Positions 26,570-32,000 of a DNA stretch of 32,000 nt are shown piece after piece. The stretch covers positions 1 through 32,000 of the forward strand of contig JAJRZD010000064.1 of the NCBI GenBank assembly GCA_024275415.1, given 5' to 3'. Numbering within the stretch: the first letter of the stretch is position 1; each line of letters starts with the position of its first letter. Both the position numbers and the translations under genes were made by a program. This stretch comes from an archaeon. Lineage in GTDB: Archaea; Asgardarchaeota; Thorarchaeia; Thorarchaeales; Thorarchaeaceae. Under the pieces are notes generated by a model, which was given only the letters and a program-made list of their open reading frames with translations, had not been told where the DNA came from and searched no databases.

Positions 26570-29500
26570 CTAATAGACAATCGCCGCTATTCCCTCATCG
26601 ATAGTTCGTACAGTTAGATTGGATGGCAACACTATCGAATCCTCTATATATTCCGTAGCAGTTAGAACGCACACAACTTCTCTCGATCCGCATTTTCTAC
26701 ATGCAATGTCGCTATGAACCTGAATTAACGTTGTCAGTTCTTGCTGAGTAGGAAATATTACGAATGACTTCTCCACACAGCAGATATCATAGTACCCATG
26801 TCCCATGAATACTTCTCCGTTCTTTTTTATCAACTCGTTCTTTAGTTTTTCAACAGCTTTGGTTTTAAGACTGCTCAGAACATTGATATTGGCTATCCAT
26901 AATCCCTCATCCAACTCGCATAGATTGTTGTCTGTTCCCACTCTCATTGCAACAAGCACTTCATCAGCCAAGAGTTCCGTCAACGCCCTTTCCCCACCTT
27001 CTACGGTCAAAGGAATGCTTCTTCCGTTCTTTGACCGTGATGCTGTCATTTTTATGAATTCCAGAACCAACTCCCACTTAGAGGAACCGTGGGACAATTC
27101 AATAAACTCTTGAATCAAGCCAAACCATAAGCGTATCTCTGAAGCATGACCAGAAGTTGGAACCCTCTCTTGCAGAACTCCCTTATGTCCTAATCCGTTC
27201 TCCGCCACCATCGGCAACAAGGGTGAGTCATCAGAGTCTTTTCTGTGTGGAAACAACCTGCTTACAAGCCTAGACAAGGAACTTGGGAATGCAGATACAA
27301 CCGAAACGTTATCAAACTCATCTGAACCTTCTATGTAGTCTCGCAGTCTAGCAGCAGCCACGCTCCCTCTAACTATAATGACTAAGTTTGAAACACCGTT
27401 TTTCAGGACGCTCATCTGATACCTGACTTTATCTACAACGCTATCTAATGAAGACGCTTTGATTTGCTCAGGAAAAATAACGATAGCCGTATCGTTCACA
27501 ATTAAATCGAGATTCGAGCCGTCATTTACATTGTCCTGATCAGTCAAACACAACATATCTCGTAAATAATTGATAATCACCTTCCTCACTGCGGACAACC
27601 CATTTCCAAAAGGAGCATACACAAAACCTCCTGGTACAAGGGGAATCGCCTCGCGTTGGATTGTTGAAAGCGAAACCAAATCCTGAAGGAGTCCTTTTAT
27701 GTCCTCATCTGTAATCCTAGAATCTATCCCAGTCAAAAATCCACGGATATCATCATACGTGGTGATTTCCCTAGATGCTAACAGTGCTATGATTTGATTT
27801 GTCAGTTCCCCCATTTTATCAAAAACTGGGACTTTATGGTCTTTTCGCGTATCGCTTTTTTTTGCCGGTTGAATCTTTCTTGTTTTTGGAATAATCTCTT
27901 CTGAACTATCAGCCTCTATACTTGTATCACTGGATTCAAGAGCACTAGTGTGGAATCTCACGTACTCGTCTATTCCGAATGGTTCAGTTTCAATTTCGAA
28001 TGCATTGCTATTTGGCAATAGCACCAGAGCTCTGCCTCTGCGCATGGTTCGTAGGTATTGTTCCTGATCAGAATTGATTGACATGAACCTACTTCCTGAA
28101 AGGCTATCAAATGGAAGTCTGAAAGTGATTTTTGTTGAGGTGTTTGCAAGAATGTTAGTAGATATGTTTGGTCTTGTTGAAACGACAATAACACCTTGCC
28201 CAGTGGCTCGTTGAAGCATGACCATAGATTCACCTGTAGTTACATCAGCAGCAGAATGTCGTGTATAGCTCTCAGGGACAAGATTACTTGCTTCCTCAAG
28301 AACCACAAGATGATGCAATCCTTCAACGATTCCTCTTTTCATTGATGCATCGAAAATCCGCTTTGCAACGAGATTATATAACAGACGTGCGGCGTCCAAT
28401 CCTCCCTTGCGTGACACATACCTAAGATCAAACACAACACGTGAGCTTAGCAAGTCTGAAATCTTCAGGGCGTCTGGCCCGCCTGACAAAATCGAACCCA
28501 AAGGCTCTCTTAATAATATTTCAAGTCTATTCAGCAAGGCATCACTTGTCATCTGGTTGCTCCTACCATTTGTTGAAATCTCCTCGATTTTACTTACGAG
28601 ATCCTTCACCCCCTTACCACTTCCTTTGTTTCTAGCAACGGTAAGAACCGCTTCTCGAAGAAGCTTCTCCATTGCAGGTGAGAGCTCGGAACTATTCCCC
28701 TCATGCAGTAATTCTCTCAAGAGTGTGAAAGTTGAGTGACCATTACCCGACTTGGCCGAATCATGCTCTACAAGATCAATCACAAATGTTGGGTCTAATC
28801 CAGGACGTAACACAATGACATCATCAATCCTCGACAAATCGGAGTATTCGGAACCTTTGAAATCAAAGATCCACCAAGGAACTTTGGTTTTTAGTGTAAT
28901 CTCAGCCATCAACTTCTTTACTACGTTTGTTTTCCCCGTTCCTGTTGCTCCCATCACTGCCATATGCTCTCTCAGCCACTCGAGTTTGAGCCCAACAACA
29001 CCCAATCTCCGGTTTCCATATATTGCCCATCCAACCTCCAATTCATTCTCGGTAAGTTCACTCGGAGGAATTTGAAATCCGGGCGAAAATGTTGAACTTA
29101 ACACTGGGATTTGTTGTATTGGCGTGTTGACGTATGCTACCAGTCTGTTTGCATGAATTCTTTGTTTTTTTAGGTGCCTCTTGAGGAAAAGACGATAGTA
29201 TTTCTCTTGTGTAATTTGTCGTTCGCTTATGACTAGATTTTCATCTCCACCCCATACCGAATGAATTAGGCCCTTTACACCATCAACGGGGGTGTTCTCA
29301 TCGAGTATAACATAAGTTGAAACTTCAAACCAGGCAGAGCTGGTGCTTATCTCCTCAAACTCCTTCATCAGCACACTCTTCATCGTTTGATCAGCTAAGG
29401 AGTCATTATTCTGCTTTTCTCTTAGCCTAATACCTCTCCATCGCCGCTCCAGCTTTTTGCTCTCTCTACCTGATTTTGCTTTTGAAAAGATACAGGTTAA

Positions 29501-30298
29501 GGACACAGAATAACCTTGACGTAATACCGTAGATATGAACGTCCCAACCTGCGATGACGTTTCGGTAGGCGTGACTCTTGGATTGCCTTGGATTTGCAAT
29601 AGAGTTTTACCCTCGCTCACGTTTTTTTTAAAAGTCCCATCTTCAGTGATTCCAATACCAAACATCTCTTGAGACTTCTCAAGTAGTGCTATCCCTCTTA
29701 ACAGCTGAATATCAACCCCCTCCAATGTAGAGAGTAAGATAGCTTCGGTTCTGGTTGCCTCTCTCCTTAAAGTATCCTTGACCGAACTCTTGCATCCTGA
29801 CGTTGTCGATATAAAATAGCGAAGGAAGGGCTCCCCACTTTTTACTCCGTATTGATACGCATAATTGATACTTTTATCGAGTCCTGATCTAATAGCTAGG
29901 ATTTGGGAAGTATTGTATTTTAGAGGCTCGCCTTTGGTTATCGACGAACCGGAAACAGCTGTCACATTGAGACATATGACTCCAACATATCTATTGTCCA
30001 TTTCAAGTATCAAGAACTCGTCGTCTAATGTTATGGATGGACTAAGGTTATTGACTCGTGCATATGCTAATGTTGTCCCAGATGACACCAGCAATATGCA
30101 TAGAATTGATTCTATGAAGAATCTGTTAGTTACAATTGAATAAGGGTAAACCCCTAGGAAGGGCAAGAAATATACTCCACCGAGATAGAACGCAGATATT
30201 ACTATCACCACCGCCCAAAAGAAAATTAAAAGCGTCAAGAGGGATGGTAATCGTTGTGCAAGTTTTCTTGCATACAATTCAGGATTGATTTTCAACAT
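26570..30298 (-). CDS. Large membrane-anchored HerA/VirB4-like (DUF87) ATPase
   Basis: Two N-terminal TM helices, HMAVMGATGTGKT Walker A, WIFDFKGSEY, VVLEEAS Walker B, ILANTSTKITFRL, and a long C-terminal extension. Confidence 0.85.
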   Translation of the reverse strand: MLKINPELYARKLAQRLPSLLTLLIFFWAVVIVISAFYLGGVYFLPFLGVYPYSIVTNRFFIESILCILLVSSGTTLAYARVNNLSPSITLDDEFLILEMDNRYVGVICLNVTAVSGSSITKGEPLKYNTSQILAIRSGLDKSINYAYQYGVKSGEPFLRYFISTTSGCKSSVKDTLRREATRTEAILLSTLEGVDIQLLRGIALLEKSQEMFGIGITEDGTFKKNVSEGKTLLQIQGNPRVTPTETSSQVGTFISTVLRQGYSVSLTCIFSKAKSGRESKKLERRWRGIRLREKQNNDSLADQTMKSVLMKEFEEISTSSAWFEVSTYVILDENTPVDGVKGLIHSVWGGDENLVISERQITQEKYYRLFLKRHLKKQRIHANRLVAYVNTPIQQIPVLSSTFSPGFQIPPSELTENELEVGWAIYGNRRLGVVGLKLEWLREHMAVMGATGTGKTNVVKKLMAEITLKTKVPWWIFDFKGSEYSDLSRIDDVIVLRPGLDPTFVIDLVEHDSAKSGNGHSTFTLLRELLHEGNSSELSPAMEKLLREAVLTVARNKGSGKGVKDLVSKIEEISTNGRSNQMTSDALLNRLEILLREPLGSILSGGPDALKISDLLSSRVVFDLRYVSRKGGLDAARLLYNLVAKRIFDASMKRGIVEGLHHLVVLEEASNLVPESYTRHSAADVTTGESMVMLQRATGQGVIVVSTRPNISTNILANTSTKITFRLPFDSLSGSRFMSINSDQEQYLRTMRRGRALVLLPNSNAFEIETEPFGIDEYVRFHTSALESSDTSIEADSSEEIIPKTRKIQPAKKSDTRKDHKVPVFDKMGELTNQIIALLASREITTYDDIRGFLTGIDSRITDEDIKGLLQDLVSLSTIQREAIPLVPGGFVYAPFGNGLSAVRKVIINYLRDMLCLTDQDNVNDGSNLDLIVNDTAIVIFPEQIKASSLDSVVDKVRYQMSVLKNGVSNLVIIVRGSVAAARLRDYIEGSDEFDNVSVVSAFPSSLSRLVSRLFPHRKDSDDSPLLPMVAENGLGHKGVLQERVPTSGHASEIRLWFGLIQEFIELSHGSSKWELVLEFIKMTASRSKNGRSIPLTVEGGERALTELLADEVLVAMRVGTDNNLCELDEGLWIANINVLSSLKTKAVEKLKNELIKKNGEVFMGHGYYDICCVEKSFVIFPTQQELTTLIQVHSDIACRKCGSREVVCVLTATEYIEDSIVLPSNLTVRTIDEGIAAIVY

Positions 30299-30737
30299 CT
30301 TGTTTGTTCCTCCTTTGAAGATGAATTGTTTAGAGTGTGCTAATGGGCAGTCTTATTCAAAAAAGAGTTCATCACTATGCCATAAGAACTACTAGATAAC
30401 TGCTCCCTATCTACTATCGCCGATTGCAGAAAGTAAAAAACCTGCCAATCTTGTCATCAGGTATGTCAAGCCAGAACCGAGATTATGGCAAACAGTTTCG
30501 AAGTATTTCATTCATTGAAGAAACAGAAGTTGGGATGTTTCACAGTGCGGGTTTTTTGATTGGAGATTATATACCCGGATAAGAGAAAATGACTGAGGTT
30601 GATTCGGATAAACACACAATCCCTGAACTCCTCCTAGTTCCATTTCTGGAAGAACAGCACTCTACCTAGGGCCGTCCAAATAATGAATCGTAACCCTATC
30701 GAATCCCCTGTCAATAATAGAATAAGAGGTTGATCCT

Positions 30738-32000
30738 GTGCCAAATAGACTGTCGTCCCATCAATCAAGGTTTCCCCTGATCCGATGCTTTCTCTTTGTT
30801 ATCCTCGGATTAAGCATTGTTCTCTTTCTAATACCCATACCAGCATCAGCCACGAGCTCTACCCTAGTTTCTCGAGGCGAGCCATTTCAAATCTCTGTAA
30901 CCCTTTTGACAAATACAACAGATGGTGAGCTGTTGTCGAATCAGGTAGTTGAGTTCTATGACGAAACATACGATACCTTTCTTGGCGAGGCTGTCACTAA
31001 CGAACTGGGTATTGCCACCCTTGATTATGCATTCCCTCTCACACATCCAAAAGGGTACACACTGGTCAATGCAACATTTAGAGGGAATGAGTCCCAATCT
31101 CTCGCTCCCTCTTATCAATGGATTCTTTTTCTTGTAACGTCTCTCACTTCAATGGAATTAAATTATTCTAGCACCCTTCTTGCTCCAAATGACGATTTGA
31201 TCATATCAGTATCTCTCACTGACGACTTGGAGAATCCACTTCCCAATGAAAAAATAAGCATCTACTGTGATGGGACGTTGCTTACGACATCTCGTACGAA
31301 TATATCCGGATACGCCTTGGTAGATATCAATCTAGAAAACGCATCGATTGGTGTTGGACACCATTCTATTTTAGTTGTCTATGAAGGCAATAGTACTAGT
31401 TTTGACAGAGGTGTTTCGAATACTTTCGATTTTGAGGTTCGGAAGATTACGACGAGCATCAATCCCCTAGAACCAATTAATGAGTCACTTGAATTAAACC
31501 AGACTATTGGGGTCGATGTTGAGGTAATCTCAAACGAAGGTCCTCTTAGTGATGTGCCCTTGTCTATCCTGATAGATGGCACTGTTATTGGCAAATCATC
31601 AACAGACTCGATAGGTCGAGCATATTTCACCATCTGGCTAAATGAGTCATACTCTTTAGGCTTTCACATATTAGAAATCCAATATTCTGGTGACATCCGG
31701 CATGATTCAAGTGCATTACAGGTTGAAGTCAAGATTATCACGGATCTCCTGTTGGGCATTACACATGACCCTATCGCTACAATAAATTCTACCATTGGCA
31801 TTGATTTGGAAGTACTTGACATTCTTGCACGACCTCTTCCTCATGTATTTGTCACATTGTCTGATACCACTGCAAATCGAACCGTGTTCTTCGAGTATGT
31901 ATATCAATCTGAAATAACACTAGAATTCGCAATTACTGGGACATTGGGAATGCACAAGTTCTACCTAACCGCAGAGAGCGGGTTTGCCAAATCCAATGAC
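30738..32000 (+). CDS. Secreted/surface glycoprotein with Ig-like repeats (partial, runs off the window)
   Basis: GTG at 30738 after GAGGT, open to the window end. Signal-like hydrophobic N-terminus, ~95-aa repeats (T...G.A....Y.G) and many N-x-S/T sequons. Missing from the ORF track. Confidence 0.85.
   Translation, partial: MPNRLSSHQSRFPLIRCFLFVILGLSIVLFLIPIPASATSSTLVSRGEPFQISVTLLTNTTDGELLSNQVVEFYDETYDTFLGEAVTNELGIATLDYAFPLTHPKGYTLVNATFRGNESQSLAPSYQWILFLVTSLTSMELNYSSTLLAPNDDLIISVSLTDDLENPLPNEKISIYCDGTLLTTSRTNISGYALVDINLENASIGVGHHSILVVYEGNSTSFDRGVSNTFDFEVRKITTSINPLEPINESLELNQTIGVDVEVISNEGPLSDVPLSILIDGTVIGKSSTDSIGRAYFTIWLNESYSLGFHILEIQYSGDIRHDSSALQVEVKIITDLLLGITHDPIATINSTIGIDLEVLDILARPLPHVFVTLSDTTANRTVFFEYVYQSEITLEFAITGTLGMHKFYLTAESGFAKSND

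Noticed and set aside
30299-30737. 440-bp divergent intergenic region with a short interrupted reading frame (MGSLIQ...TTR*LLPIY...)
   Set aside because: No recognisable protein or RNA structure, so a pseudogene or ncRNA call cannot be supported.

Overview
Archaeal chromosomal segment. The gene content and the many unassignable proteins suggest an Asgard, Thorarchaeia-like lineage; this is inference, not a database result. Most genes are housekeeping or metabolic: pgk, intron-containing tRNA-Met, pan, a Trm5/Taw2-type methyltransferase, nac, a lone atpD, ADP-forming acyl-CoA ligase alpha, hypF, iorAB, split LKR and SDH, a COG1665-like nucleotidyltransferase, a SufS-like protein, glmS, rps10, ipk, a large membrane-anchored HerA/VirB4-like ATPase and an Ig-repeat surface protein. 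The strongest signals are non-coding. (1) A candidate replication origin at ~16.2-16.9 kb has ORB-like boxes flanking an AT-rich core, three copies of an 18-bp palindrome, and no orc1/cdc6 gene in the window. (2) A further ORB at 20.53 kb sits in an array of ten R(T/A)TCACA heptamers upstream of a winged-helix gene. (3) A 14-bp palindrome, TAWTAC-N2-GTAWTA, has 8 exact copies, all between 1.4 and 14.2 kb and mostly at gene 3' ends. One copy overlaps the stop codon of a ribbon-helix-helix gene that is coupled to an ExeA-like AAA+ ATPase. Together these suggest a possibly undescribed origin-proximal replication/segregation system. The functional link is a hypothesis, and all motif scans were done by eye.
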